Positions 1 to 14,856 of a stretch of 64,000 nucleotides of DNA are shown in pieces (position 1 is the first letter of the stretch; each line of letters begins with the position of its first letter). A program made the position numbers and the translations under genes. The DNA comes from the human T2T-CHM13v2.0 reference genome, Homo sapiens. The notes under the pieces are model-generated. The model had not been told where the DNA came from, made no database searches, and saw nothing but the letters and a program-made list of their open reading frames with translations. The stretch lies in NCBI RefSeq assembly GCF_009914755.1, contig NC_060927.1, one strand, 5' to 3'.

Positions 1-659
1 GAGGGGCCATCTGAGCTGTATCTGGTCGACCTGTGGTGAGAACAGAGCCTCTGGGTAGGACTGAGTCCTTCCACCATCCCATGAGTCACCTAGAAAAGTT
101 GCTTCAGGAACTCCTAATATCATTTTTCACCTCCCAAGGAGTTCACATCTATGCACACGTTTCCATCTTACAGACCAGGAAACAGGCTCAGAGAGAAGAA
201 GGGAATTATGTACCTCGGTTTAGAGCCAAAGTGTCCTGCCTGCATTCCAGCTGTTTCCATCCATGTCCATGTCAACTGGCATCTGGAACTACTCGTAGCA
301 GCATCCACTCAATGTGAGTTGACTAAATGGAGGAAAATCTACTATGGTGCTTGGAAAAACTGGGACTCTCATGATTTAGGATATAAAGATTTGTCGTCTG
401 TCTGAATGGAAGAAAGAACAGGGCAGTGCTGTGGGGACACTAGGACGTCCTAAGGAAACACACTCACTAATTTAGGGTAATCAATCAGGTAATACTATTT
501 ATGGGCTATTAATGATACATGAGGATCACACTCGGCCCAAGTTCTTTGCTTTGTTTCACTCTCTTGCTCTGACACCCTCTCCTAAGTTTCAAGGCTTTTC
601 CCTCCCACCACCCCTCCCAGCCATATCACCACCACCATATTTTAATTCCCCATTTTTCT

Positions 660-996
<337 letters not shown>

Positions 997-2817
997 CTTA
1001 TTCCCCATTTTTCTGTCCACCCTCCCTTTGTCACCATCGCAAACGTCTCCCAGGACGGACTGGGCTTGCCTTCATATTGACCACGCATGTTTATGCTGGG
1101 ACACTCTTTCCTTTTTGAGGTTCTTCCCTCTTATTGATGTGCTTATTAATTAATCAGATGTTTACTGAACACCTGCATGCAAGACCCTTTCCTAGCGTCA
1201 CTGCGTATGAATAATCATTGAAAATTACACAGAGTTTGGTATATGTCTCGTAAGAACTAAAGAGGAAAAGTTACTCTATAGAATCCTAAAATGAAATAAC
1301 TTCTAAGCAACAAGATAGCAGTAAAAAGCTTGAGTTTTTATTAATGTATTATTATTATTTATTAATTATATTCCTCTGTCTGAAATCTTCCCTCAGTCAC
1401 CAGGGTGGAATCGATAAATGGCAACATTTTCCTCTCTGATGTTTTTTAACTGCATTAAAAGGCATGGAGTTTTAATTTCACATGCATTTGTTTCTGGGTC
1501 TTGGGTCGTTTTTTTTTTTTTTCTTCTTCCTCAAAGCAGATAAATGAGGTTCCAAACTTCAGATAATAAGGCTTAACAGTGAGGCGCTTTTTAAAAAGTG
1601 AATCATTTCTCAGTTCTCCTTTGCTAACCTCTCTTGGTAACATTAATTATGAGTTTGTGCACTGTGCCCCAAGGCGAGCTCGGCTTTCCCAGGACAATTA
1701 AAGTTACTTAATTATTAAAAACTGTGTGTGCTGCTGCCCAGAGAGAAAGAGGCGGCCAGGCCTGGCTCCCGCAGCCCCTCACAGGAGTGACTGGACACTG
1801 TGGGAACCGGCCCCTTTCCCTCACCATTGTCATTCTTTCAGTATAATCTATGAAAATCCCCCCCACCGCCGCGGCCTCTCCCACCTCTGCATGAGTGATT
1901 TAGAGACTGCCCACCACTGAGTCCAGCCTGCCGGCTAGTCCTTGTCCTGGGGTGAAAGAGGGGCCCTTGAGCCTGGAGGCGGAGGGAGATGACCAGGCCT
2001 CTGCCTAGGGCTCTCGGGTGGAGCAAGGGCCTTGGAAAATGCTGAACCCCTGGGTTGCTGGGTTGCTGTTGGGCCCATCCTTCCTCAGGCTTTCTGCCCC
2101 ATGGGAGCAGGACGGGCTGCACAGAAATGTCATAATGTACCCTTAAAGGGGGTGGGAGGGGAGGAGGGTTGATGTGGCCCTTCGAGTGGGCATTTCCAAG
2201 AGTGGATGCCAATCTGTAACAGCATTTTTTTCTGGGTGGTTCTTTGATCACAGGAGTGAAAAAACTATAGGTGGCCCTGGTTCTGCCATCCACACCCAAA
2301 GTGACCTTGGGCAAGTCATTCCTGCATTGGGAAGCTTGGCTTCGTAGTGAGAGGCAGCCTAGGAGCTTTAGGAGCCTCTAAGTCCTGGTACTTAGATGGA
2401 GTCTAATGCTTTCCCGGAAAGAAAACCTCGAATTTTCCATTTCTTTTTCTACTTTCCTTCATTCACCCGGCGAGCACCGACTCTGTGCACCATGTCGTAG
2501 GGACAGAGGCGTGGACACAGCAGAAGCCCTGAAGGCCACAGCCTCTACTCCTATTGATTGTCTTGCACACAAGAGGAAATGAGGCTGAGAAGGAAGGGGG
2601 CTGGTCCTGGGATCCCCCTGCGTGGCAGTGTGAGGCAGGCGGGGACCTAGTCCTCCCAACAGCCGGCCTGCTGAGCATGGCCAGGCCACCGCTGCCGCCT
2701 CCTTCCTGGTTTTCTGTCTTCTCCCTTCCTGCTCTGTTTAACCCCTCCCACAGTCAGCTCATCCCTGGGCTCCAAGTCTCTAGGGAAATATGGTCCAATA
2801 GAAATATGCTGGCCACA

Positions 2818-3103
<286 letters not shown>

Positions 3104-3361
3104 AGAAATATGCTGGCCAGAAATGCAAGCCACATGGGCGTTTTGCATTTCCTACTGGCCACATTTAAAACAAATGAAATAGGAACATGTGAAATTCATT
3201 TCAATGATATATTTTATTTAACCAATATATTCCAAATATTATCATTCCAACTTGTAATAATATAACAATTATTAATTAATAAGATATTTTATATTTTTGA
3301 ACTAAATCTTCAAAACCCAGTGCCTATTTTGCCTTTAGGGCATGACTCCATTCAGTTAGCC

Positions 3362-3657
3362 TTTTTTTTTTTTTTGAGACAGAGTTTTGCTCTGTCCCCC
3401 AGGCTGGAGTGCAATGGTGTGATATTGGCTCACTGCAACCTCCGTCTCCTAGGTTCAAGCAATTCCTGCCTCAGCCTCCCGAGTAGCTGGGACTACAGGT
3501 GCACGCCACCACACCCAGCTAATTTTTGTATTTTTAGTAGAGACAGGGTTTCACCATGTTGCCCAGGCTGGTCTTTAACTCCTGGCCTCAGGTGATCCAC
3601 CCCCTTTTATCTCCCAAAGTACTGGGAATACAGGTGTGAGCCACCACACCCAGCCTG
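3362..3657 (-). mobile_element. Alu
   Basis: Poly-T then reverse Alu; flanking GTTAGCC duplication. Confidence 0.95.
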
Positions 3658-3799
3658 GTTAGCCACATTTTAAGTGCTCAGTAGCCTTATGGAGACAGGT
3701 GTTACTGTACTGGATAGTGCAGGCCTCGGGTTTTTGGCATCTCTAACTATCACTCCTCAATACTCTTCACTTCGTACAGGAACAAAAGGTTCCCATAAA

Positions 3800-4142
3800 A
3801 TGTTCCTTAGACATATGAAACATTGACACCATGGAATACTATGTAGCCAAACACCAAAAAACCAAGGACACTCTTTTATGGACCCATAGAAAGAGCGCCA
3901 AGACATATCATAAAGTGAAAAAGGCAAGATACAAACAGGGTATATGGAATTCTACCACTGCAGGAAATACGCATATTTGGCGGTACATGCACCGACTATC
4001 TGTAGGATTCTTAAGAAACTGAGAACATTGGCAGGGGAAACTGGATGGATGGAGGGCAGGTTGGGAGGAAGACTTTTCATAGCATGTAGTTTACACTTTT
4101 TGAATTGTGAATATGTGGATGTATCACTCAAAAATTAAAATC
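3800..4142 (+). mobile_element. Old L1 (L1M-type) 3' end fragment
   Basis: CACCATGGAATACTATGTAGCC...AAGTGAAAAAGGCAAG pattern typical of L1M 3' ends. Confidence 0.55.
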
Positions 4143-5012
4143 AGAACTTCAGTTAATGGGCACACCTTGGCATGTGTAGCCTGCCCAGGCACCTCTGTTC
4201 CTGCTCGGTGCTTGCCCTGGCTCCCCAGCAGTGCCCCAGGAGGAGCAGGCACAGGTCAGGTCGCTGTTGTGCCTGCTGTTCCACAGTAGGAAGAGGGAGG
4301 CTTGGCAGAGGCCCAGACAGGAAGACATGATATCAAGTGACTCTAAAGGGCCCTTTTGTTTCCGGAAAGGCAGCAGTTTCCACACAGCATCCCTGCCCCC
4401 ACTGACAGCCCACTGGCCCTGGGATCCCTTTGCCACCTGCTGCAAGAGCATCATTTCTCCCCCGGAAGAGCCTCTGGGCCTGAGGTGGGGAGGAGAGGGG
4501 AGCACTGGCTGGGAAGGGGCATCATTCTAGCTTCCCAAAGGATGTCAGTTGTTCCCAGAATGTCATTTCCAGAGGCATGATGCCACCCTGCCAGCTGTCC
4601 TCCAAATTTTGGCATCCCCAGCCTGCCTGTGGCAGAGCAATCTCACTAAGAAAATAGAGCACGAGCACGTGTGCATGTGTGTGTCCCCCTGTGAGCATCT
4701 GCGGCCCGTGCACTGGCATGCATTCACTCCATTCATTAACTCCTTCGGAGGACGTTCACTGAGCACCTACTATATTCCAGTCACTGTGCTACGCCCTTGG
4801 GATACAGCCAGGAGCAAGACGGTAGAGGTCCTGCCCTCATAGAGCTTATAGTCCAGCAGGATAAATTGACATTAAATTTTAAATAATTCAGTCCCACCCG
4901 TAGGGATAAGTGGAAGGAAAAGTACATGCAATTGGGGCACACGATCTAGTGTAAGAGGCCAGGGAAGGTGGAGCAAAGGAACTGGCGTTTGAGACTAAGA
5001 AATGTATCAATC

Positions 5013-5306
5013 GGCCGAGTGCAGTGGCTCACACCTGTAATCCCAGCACTTTGGGAGGCCCAGGCCGGTGGATCACCTGAGGTCAGGAGTTCGAGGCCAG
5101 CCTGGCCAGCATGGTGAAACCCTGTCCCTACTAAAAATATGAAAATTAGCCAGGCGTGGTGGCATGCGCCTGTAATCCCAGCTACTCAGGAGGCTGAGGC
5201 AGAAGAATCACTTGAGCCCAGGAGGCGGAGGTTGCAGTGAACCGAGATCACGCCACTGCACTCCGGCCTGAGCAACAAGAGCAAACCTCCATCTCAAAAA
5301 AAAAAA
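5013..5306 (+). mobile_element. Alu (S-type)
   Basis: Full dimer; TSD AAGAAATG/ATATCAATC at 4997-5012 / 5307-5322. Confidence 0.95.
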
Positions 5307-5407
5307 AAGAAATATATCAATCTAGAGATGGTAAGAAGTGACAAGTGGGCCTTCCACAGACAAGGAACCTGCTCCATGTCCTTGAATAAACCACACCCCC
5401 TTAACAT

Positions 5408-5645
5408 TGTTTTATTTGGAAATACATTTTACATTTCAAAAAATTACAAAAATAAAAATAGTACAAAGAACACCTGTATATTTTTTACCCAGATGATTCA
5501 CTGTTGCTCCCATTTTACCCCATTTGCTTTATCCATCGTGTGTGCCTGCATGCACTCTCCCACTCCACACACATACAGAATTCTTTTCTGAAGAATTTGA
5601 GGGTACATTTCACACAGCATAGCCCTTTAGTGCTAAATACTCAGA
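5408..5645 (-). mobile_element. Old L1 (L1MC-like) 3' end fragment
   Basis: TTTTATTTGGAAAT...AATAGTACAAAGAACACCTGTATA...ACCCAGAT motif typical of L1MC 3' ends in reverse. Confidence 0.5.
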
Positions 5646-5895
5646 ATCAGATGCCCTTTCCAAGCTCAGTTTGCTCAGTTAGAGCACAAAAAGGATAAGC
5701 CCTGTCCTCTCCACCTACCAGGGCAGCTGCAAAGAGCACATGAGATCCTGCACAAGCAAACTCTTGGACACACAGCAAAACTATTATCTTTTTTGGAAGC
5801 ACTTCTTGGAATTTGGAAATGAAAGGTGATTTCCCAGAGAAATGCCCAGGTTCTCAGTTCCTCCAGGAGACAGCATGTTCTTCAGCCAGGCCTGG

Positions 5896-5926
<31 letters not shown>

Positions 5927-5930
5927 TGTG
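5896..5930. repeat. (GT)n microsatellite
   Basis: Directly visible interrupted GT run. Confidence 0.9.
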
Positions 5931-7989
5931 TAGGTCAGCAGCGTTCCCCTGCAGCCCCTCCTCTCCATCAGGCAGCCAGGGCAGACTTGAGCTCTGGTGA
6001 GCACCTTTCTGGCTGATGAGCTCCCCTGGCTCCAGGGAAGCCTTGGGAGGGCAACCGTGGCTTGAAAACAATGCTCATCCGCCCCTGGGAAGGGCTCCTT
6101 CTCCTTGATGAAATGGAACCGAGCCAGCACGGAAACCCAGACCTGCATTCAGGGAGCCCACAAATACTCACAGAGCACAATAAACAAGTGTTGGTCCTCT
6201 CAGCACGTTTTGGGACCCATCTCCTTAATGAGAACAATAAATTCACACGAGGAAAGGTGGTCGCCAAGCAAAAGCGACTGACACACTCCCCCGGCTTCCT
6301 TGGCCCCGGGGGACTACCCCCTCTGAGCGTGGGACCTGCAGAATCAATAACTGGAAGGGACAAGGGCCAGACCTACGGAGTCAGAACTTCTGGGCTCAGA
6401 GCCTAGGAATGTGTATTTTTAAAGGCTTCCTGGAGGACAATCAGGTTTAGCAACCACTGGCCTAAAAACCCTGTGAGATCACTCCTAGCGCTGAAATACT
6501 CTGGTCCTGTGAATAGGAAAATGGATCTAAAGGTAGAAGATACACAGACACAGTTAAATAGGGGTGCATTCATCCCTGGACCCCAAAAAGGCACTTGATC
6601 ATAGTTTCCGCAGAGCTGAAATCTTAAGCCCTTTGCTGGCAGCCTGTGAATCCTGGAAGGGAAACGTGTACAGCCAAGCCTCAGCATGGGTGCAAGGATG
6701 TCTTCCAGCTCCTCTCCCTCCTTAGTTTGTCAAAACCATCCCTGATGTACAGATTCTGTCCCCAGACTGCAAGTTCTCCCTGGGTTGGGGAGAAGAGGTG
6801 GAGGAGAATCAGGGAGGCAGCCACAGTCTGCTCTAGCTGCATTGACAAGAACTGGTTGCTGGCTGGTGTGGGCCAGCTCAGAGGAGCACAGCTGTGAGCA
6901 AGGCCAGGTGCAGTCGGCCTGAGTGAGCCCAGAGGGGCCAGCTGTCCGGCCCAAGCTAGGGAGCAGTGCTCACTGACCACAGGGCAGTGGGGACTCTGTT
7001 CTCTGTGTGGCTGGCTTCTTTTCTTTTTTTTTTTTTCCTCAAGTGACCCACACCCCTCAATGGGTCACTCTGCCTCTCACTGGAGGTTTCTTCTTGAGTT
7101 TCTAGGCAAACACTGGGGCTCTGGGGCCCTGCAACCTTATCCCTCCCATCGTTAAACTGTGTGAGAGTTCCAGGGAGCCAAAATCTGGGTGTGCCTCCTC
7201 CCCTGCCCCAGCACTCAGCATTGTCCCAGGCAGACAGCAGGCACTAAGGAAATGACGGAGAGAGGGACGCAGGAATGGAAGGGAAAGGAGAAGAAAGAGG
7301 AGAGGAAGGGAGGGAGAAAGGAATGAAGGCTGCAATACAGCTGCAGGAAAACCCCGTTCTTATTCGACCCACTGCATCAGATTTCTCCCCAGGGCCTCTT
7401 CCAGGAAAGCTCCTTTGGTGAAACCCGGTTCATAACTACTTCCCCTCCCTCTCACCATCACGCTAGGACTTCTCTTGTGAGGGAAGAGTGTGACTAAACT
7501 AAAAGCGTGAACTAAATGGACTTTACAAATGGTTTTCCAGACGTCAGAAGCCACCCACCTTGCACACAGAAGGAATAACTGACAGATTGAAAGAACTGGC
7601 ATCTCTGAATGTCCAAATCTGTCCTATTCTTCAAGATCCAGAGGCAAGAGCTACCACCTCAGTGAAGTCTTCCCGGATTTCTCTAACAGGAGGTGATCTC
7701 TCCTCCTCTAAAACTACACAACACGCTATCCATCCTTCTTTGACTGATAAGCTGCAGTTTTTCTGCCTTATGATACAGCCATTTTGTGAACATGAAAAGG
7801 GCGACACCAAGGAAATAGCAAAAGCTTGGCAGTCAGACTTTCCCAAGGTTAAATCCCACCTCTCCCTCTTGCCAGCTGTGTGAGTGTGGAGGAGTTGCTT
7901 ATCCTCAGTTTCTTCGTGTATCAAATCAGGATAATAACCACATGGCAAGTTTGTTGTAGGGATTACAATGGGATAGAGATTAGTGGGGT

Positions 7990-8390
7990 TCACATCATTC
8001 CCATATTTCCTTTCCCATCCCAGGGAAGAATTACACTTCTCTGTCCCGCTTGAAGTTAGGTATGTCCATGTGACATCCTCTGGCCAATGACATGTGAGCA
8101 GAAGTCACGAGTGTCCCCTCCGGGCAGAAGCGTTTCAGAGTTGGTGCACATTTCCTGTGCTCTCTTCCCTGGCCGCAGCAACAGCCAGGAAAGAGAACAG
8201 CTCCCGTGTTGAGAAGGTGGCATCGTCAGATGGTACAGCACCCTTCGGATTGGCAGCCATCAGCACATCCCTCTGCCGAAGAGCTGTCCAGAGGATGTAA
8301 CATCAGTGAGAGACAAATGCCTGTTGCCTCCAGCCACTGAGATTCTGAGGTTGTTTGTTACCACAGCATTACCTAACCTATTCTAATACA
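7990..8390 (+). mobile_element. MLT1 (MaLR) LTR, MLT1J-like, within MIR-like sequence
   Basis: TGGCCAATGACATGTGAGCAGAAGTCAC and 3' GCCACTGAGATTCTGAGGTTGTTTGTTACCACAGCA...TAATACA. Confidence 0.65.
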
Positions 8391-11300
8391 AGACAAGATG
8401 TATGCGGGACCCTTAGCATGGCTCCGATACATAGTAAGTACTTGATAAATATGCCATGACTGAAGAAATAGTCAAACAAATCTGTGAACAAATGAATAGA
8501 CTAGTAAATATGTCCAAACTGGAGCTGTGCTCCCTCAGGAAGGTCTGGACAAGTCTCCTGGCACCTTCGAGGTGAATGTAAATGCCTTATTCATGTGCCA
8601 CTGGTGGCCATGTTACACCTGAACAGTAGGGATGGCTGTCCTTTATGACTTTTCTCCCTGCTTATCCAGGAATGCAATGTCACCCATGCAAGCCCCACAC
8701 TTCTCCCTGGACTCCACCTCTCCCTGCCACCTGTAACTGAGGATTCCGGGAGTTGGGGCTCTCGGTTCTGGTGTGTTTGCCATCAGGAGAGTCACACTCC
8801 CAGCAAAGTGATGCTGGAGGATCCCTTGAGCCTCCCCACCACCCACCGCCCACAAGGCACGGTCCAGAGAGAAGGGGCTGGGGAGCGGGAATCAGAGGCA
8901 ACTAGTTGCTGTTCTTCTCCAGTCCTGGAAACTGAGGGGCCTTCACAGGAAGCTACTTCACACAACTCAGACCCATCCAGTTGAAAATAGACAGGCCTCA
9001 GCCCAGAAGGGAGCTGAAAACGGCCATGAGCAACCCCTGTAGAGTGCACAGGGGTTTGTAGCTTTACCATGTATTGTTTTCATATCCAGTGCCTGCTGTG
9101 GTCCCAACAGCAACTCGATGAAGTTGCCTGGATTGGAATCATGATTGCCCCATTTTACAAAAAAAAGAAACTAAGGCTGGGATAGGGAGATGAATTCTTC
9201 AAGACACTCCGTAGTGTCTAGAGGAGCTGGACTCAGTCATTGCTATCAGGAGCTGGCCTGAGTCTTCCCTCTGCCCACCGAAGGAGGGGCTGACAGCCCT
9301 TTTTTTATTTTTTCACATCAAGGACATCCTTTTTCTTCTGGCAGATACCTACTGCTTGATGAAGCAGGCGTATGGTGTGTTCACCAACAATCTTTAAAGA
9401 CTGCTCCCCATAACTATAAAAGCAATAAAAAGGAGAGAGAGGGAGGAAGGAGAGAAACCAACACATCACCCAGGGGAAGAAGGGAGAGAGAAAAGCCTTC
9501 TTCTGAAGGACTAAGGTCCTGGCCCCACTGCAATGCGGGGTGTGTGCATCAGAGGTAGCCAGCAGCAAGGCACCGGGCATGTGATCAGAGTCACTGCTGA
9601 GTGGACCTGAGGCCAGAGCTGGGAACTAGCAAGGGCCAAGTCCAAAAGCAAAGGCGAAATGGAGCTGGGAGAGTAAGCGCCAGGTCAGGTGGTGGGGAGG
9701 AGGATGCTGAGGACAGGTCCGGAAAGCCTGGGGGTGCCGGAGTCCCCATTCTGTGGTGTTTTTGCAGGTTTGAGGACAGGTGTGGTGGCCACAGGGGACC
9801 TGCAGGGCGAGGTGTAGTTTCCTCTTCTGGCCGATGAAGTGGTTGACCCTGGGTTTCTCTGCTTGCCCCCAGCTCTGACGTTGAGATGGTTTTTCATGAA
9901 CCGAAAGCTTTTCGATTCTCAATCTCTAGACCACTGAGAGCTGTGTCACATCCAGACTCAGAGCTAACCAGCAAGCACAGGAGATACCACTGCGCTCTCC
10001 CCTTCATACCTCACGACCCAACCAGGAGAGCAGTTCATGCCTGCCGTACCGATGGGGAAACTGAGGCTTTAAGAGGCGAAGGTACTTCCCTAAGTACCAC
10101 AACTAGGAAGTGGAGAAATTTGAATGCACTCCTAGCTGACTGCAAACTTCAGGTTATTTCTACTGCATGAAGCTGCTTCCTAAGTTCAGAGTAAAGATCC
10201 ACCCAGGGTCACAGTCCCCTGGGGCCATTTTTCAGAAAGTTGGCCACCTACATCAATGAACTAAAAAGGAGCAGTGATAAGGCTCCATCTCTTTCCTTTC
10301 CTTTGCCCAAAGAGAATGAGCACTCATACCAACAGCAGTAGTGCAGAAAGCCATTTGCCCCCGTGTCCTTTACAGAGACAAACAGATAACCCTTATTTGC
10401 AAGCTGGGTAAAATATTAACTCAGCACCCAAGGGCGCTGTCCAATACAAGCAAGACAAAGTCCTTGGCTTTAGTTTGGGAGCTCAGAACTAAGCATCCAC
10501 CCTCAGGCTGTCCTCCCACACCCCCAGGTGCAGGGTCCCCTTCCCTCACCATTACAGCATTGCAAGAAGGCAGCACAATGCCTCCGCAGCCTGGAGAAGC
10601 AAGGGAGAGCACAGTCCTCACATCCAACTAAAGGTTCCCTAAGGTGCAGGGCTGTGTTTGCACCCTCTGCCTGCTCAGACAGCCATTCCAGGAAGTGATT
10701 TTGCTTCTGCATGTACTCCTATGGGTGCCACCCACCCTCACTTTTGGTCTCACCCACTGTGACCCGGCAGAGACTCCACATCATGATGGCTTTCAAGAGG
10801 TACAGCTCCCACTCTCCTGGCTGGCTCAGGAAGGGAGTGGCCTCTCCCAGATGTACCAAAGTGCCTTTTCTCTGGGCCCTCAGTGGCATCTCCACTGCTG
10901 TTGTCTGCCCATTGGCTGAGCACCACATGCTCCAAGCCTGTGTCCACCACTGCTGTGGACACGCTCAGGCAGCCAGAGGGGAGCAGGCAGTGACAGATCT
11001 CAGATGGTGCTGGACGAGGGCTCTGGCCATCTCTTATTTTCTCAGTCCCTATAGGGGCCAACTCGCCTTCCCAACTGGTTGAAAAAAAAAATGACCTACC
11101 TGGAAATCAACTTCCCCTCCTTAACTCGAAGTGATGTTAAAATCTTAGGAAGTAGGACATTGCTGCTGGCAGTAAACCTCCCCCACCAGAGCACATGAAG
11201 AATAAAAACAAACAAACAAACAAAAGTCTTAGGTGGTTGGCAGTGTAAGCACAGCAGTGACTTTTGGACGGACGGCTCCAACCACAGGACTGAAACCTAA

Positions 11301-11924
11301 AATGACCCAGGCAATCAGCCCCAAATAAACGAAGCAGGCAGCAAAGACCTCTCAGGTCTGTACTTACTAGTCACGTTATGAGGCCACCTGGAAATAGTAG
11401 CCACCCCAATCCCTCCACCCCATACCTCAGAGCCTTTGTTTATGTTGTTCTCTGTCTAGAAGGACCTTCTCTACCTCATTCATTCCTACATAAGCTCAGT
11501 GCCACCACCTCAGTGAAGCCTCCCTTAACCTACACAGCCCTGAACTTCACAATCACAGTTACTTGTTTTTTTCTCTAATCATCCCCTAATTTAAGCGTGG
11601 CTATTGGACAGCACTTGCCATGTTTTACTATACTTAGCTCTTTTAAACATCAGATTTCTAGAATAGTTCAAATTATTTCTAAGGAGAGAATATATTTTGC
11701 AAACCCCAAACCTGTCTTGTAGCCATTCGGCAAAGTTTGTTGAATAAATTAGCCAGTGTCTGGATAAAATACCTTTATAATTATAAACTACTTGATCCTC
11801 AAAGCATCCCTCCAATAGAAAAGGACAACTGTTACTATCCCCATTTAACAGATGACATGCATATGACAGGCTGACGCTCATTCACTCAACTTAGGTTAAA
11901 TGTGTGCAAATTTCCAGTGTAGCA

Positions 11925-12072
11925 AAGTGTTTCTCGATGTGCACACGAATTTCCTGGGGAGCTTGGAAAGATTCAGACTGATTCAGCAGCTCTGGTATGG
12001 GGCCTGAGATTCTGCATTTCAAACATACCCCCAGGTGACATTATACTGCTGGTGCTGGGGCCACATTGCCAG
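11925..12072. mobile_element. MER5A-like hAT DNA transposon
   Basis: CTGATTCAGCAGCTCTGGTATGGGGCCTGAGATTCTGCATTTCAAACA...CCCAGGTGA...CTGCTGGT. Confidence 0.65.
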
Positions 12073-12996
12073 TCTCACCTACCTAACAGGGTGGCCGAGA
12101 GGAAGAAAAGATCCAATTAGTATAGTGAGTACGTAGCAGGAACTGGTGTCTCTGAAACCATAGGAAAGAGGATGGATAGACAGCTTTATATCCACTTCAC
12201 AGAGGTGAAAACTGAGGGCCTGAGAGACAAAGCGACTCCTCCAAGATCTAATGCACCCTCTGATACCGGTTCAGTACTGTCTAGACTGCCATCTACTGCT
12301 CTGCATGTCAGGGGGATTCCCAGATGAAGGTACCACATCCTGTCCTCAGCAAGGTGATGAGGGTGACACACCTGCACCTGCAGGGACTATAATACAAAGT
12401 TGAGCGAGAGAAAAGCCAAAAGTCCAGAAGCGGGTGAGCACGTGCCAGCCAGATCTTACGTAAATCCGTGCCACATCTTTTGTTCCCTACCCATGGCTCA
12501 ATTAGACTGGAGATGGGGGTCTTCTTCTATCAACCCAATCCCTTTAAAAAAAAAAAAAAAGAAAGATAAAAAATAGTAGCTTTAGGATTTTTCTTTTAAG
12601 CACTGAACCTCTTCAGTGGAAAGTGCTGCCCTTCCGACCTGTTGATGTAATTGCCATAATTGAAGATTCCAGGCTCCCATGTGAGTGGACAGGGCCCCAT
12701 TCATCCATCGGGTCAGCGAAGTGTAAACCTGCTGAGTCCTTCAGATGCCCTGGCCGCAACCGCCCCCCACAGCCCCCTCCAGCCCTGCAGCCTGGGCTCC
12801 CCGCAACGCCAGGGCAGCCAGGCCCAGGCCAGTCCCTCCTGCGATCTGGGAACGGTGCCTAATTAAGGGGTCTGTTCTCATCTCCATGGGGCCGACTTAA
12901 CGCCTTCTGACAGTAATGAGAGCCACACGTGTGGGGGTGGGGGGTGGGAAAGACGGCCCACCTGCTGTCTTAGCACCCTATTAAACAGCAAGTCTA

Positions 12997-13038
12997 ACAC
13001 ACACACACACTCACACACACACACACACACAGGCACAC
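12997..13038. repeat. (CA)n microsatellite
   Basis: Directly visible. Confidence 0.9.
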
Positions 13039-14856
13039 ATTGCAGGCCTGCAGTAACCACCATCAAATCTTTAAAGCTACAAGGAGCTGCTCCAATTCTG
13101 AAAGAGGAAGGAACCAAAGAGAAGAAATAAACTGCCCAAGGGCACACAGTGAGTCACTGTCACTGGGACCCAGGTGTCCTGTTGCACCTCACAGCACAGA
13201 CTTCCCCTGTGGAGGGTGGGACCCTCCACTGCAGCCCCAGGGGAGCACATATGAGTGTTGGGGCTGAGGAGGAGGCAGTCTTGACTACTCTGGAGCAGCC
13301 AGTTGCAGAGGGCCAGCCACAGCAGAGCAGAAAGGAGCTCTGAGAACAGATTCCTCCAGGGGCTTCTGTCTCCAGGACACCCTTTGGTACAAGACAAAGC
13401 AAACCTCAGAGGGGAACACTCAACTGCTGCTGGTGGATCCACATCTAATCCTTCTGACATCCAAAAGGAGCTAGTCTTGGTTTCCTTCTCGTGCATGCTT
13501 TGTGTCCCTGTCTAACCTCCTACCAGTGTCCTGTCCCCACAGTCCTCAGTCCCAGCCCCCTCTCCTGTCCGCTTCCCATGAGCAGCTTAACTAGCTGCTC
13601 TGTGCCGATTCTCTTCTGTTTTCCCAACGGAGGAACTTTGCACAGTGCTGGGCACATGGTGAGTACTCAGTAAATATTTAGTAAATATAATAAAAGTCAA
13701 TTGATGTTAGCTCCAGCTCTAAGACATGTTAGTTCATTGTGTTAATCATAATTTTGTTTATAGGCGGGGCCAGAGAAGCCTCCTGAGATGCAGGTGTAGC
13801 AAAAATGCTGAAAATAACGTGGACCAAATCTCTGCAATACTGGCCCATTAATAAAGATGGTGAATGAAAGGAATGGAATATTTCAGTTATGTCCAATTCC
13901 AGTTCTAATTCCAATGGCACAGTGATGAATCCCAAAAAAGAAGCCAACATATCCTGGATACTAACGATCTAATCTGGATATGCAGACTCCTTCCAGAAGC
14001 TCCGTCACTGGCATCTCTGCTACCATCTTCCCTCTTTGGACTTCCCAATCCTCTCTGCACACTAGCGCTCAGCACGGTGGATCTCTCTACTTGTATTATG
14101 TCACACCCTTGCTCAAAAGCCTTCAGTGGTTTCCCCTGCATAAAATCTGCACCACCCGGCTCTCAGGGACCTTGTGGGTCTGGTTTGGCCTCAGCTCAAC
14201 ACCGCAGTTTTCCACTTCTCTCCAGAGCAACTGCTTCCCTCCGCTTTGGTCAAACTGGTTTCCTTACCCAACTCAGACAGCATACAATAGGGAGTGGGAG
14301 TAACGATAAAATTTGTAGCCAAAAAAGTCAGGTGTGAGTCTCAGATTCACCATCGGATCTCTCTGAGTCTAGTTCCTCAAGGGTAAAATGGAGATGATAA
14401 TTATGTTCACTTTGTAGAGTCGGCATGAGGATTTTGTGATGTAATGGATGTTAAAGGACTTTACAAACTGTAAAGGGCCGAAGGACAGTTGTTCATCTCT
14501 AGCCATGGATTATTCCCAACTCCAGCATTGTCTTTGATCTCACGACTCACTTTCCCTTGCCCTTCTCCATATCTTACACCCACTCAAACCCAACTCCAGC
14601 CCTGCCACCCGTAGAAAGCCGTACCTGATCCCTCCAGTTCTCACTGATCCTGGCTTTTAAAGTCATGCCCATAAAGCATCTTGATTTGCTCACTGTATCT
14701 TACGCATGTCCGCCTTAGAACTCCAAGTTTATGATTATTTACCTACAGATGATATAAACATTCAGGTTGCTTACAATGAAAAAGTAAGTACATCTATAAT
14801 AGCAAAGGTCAAGATAAAAAAGTGAAAAATCAGAAATGTCATTTTTTTTGCTAAGG

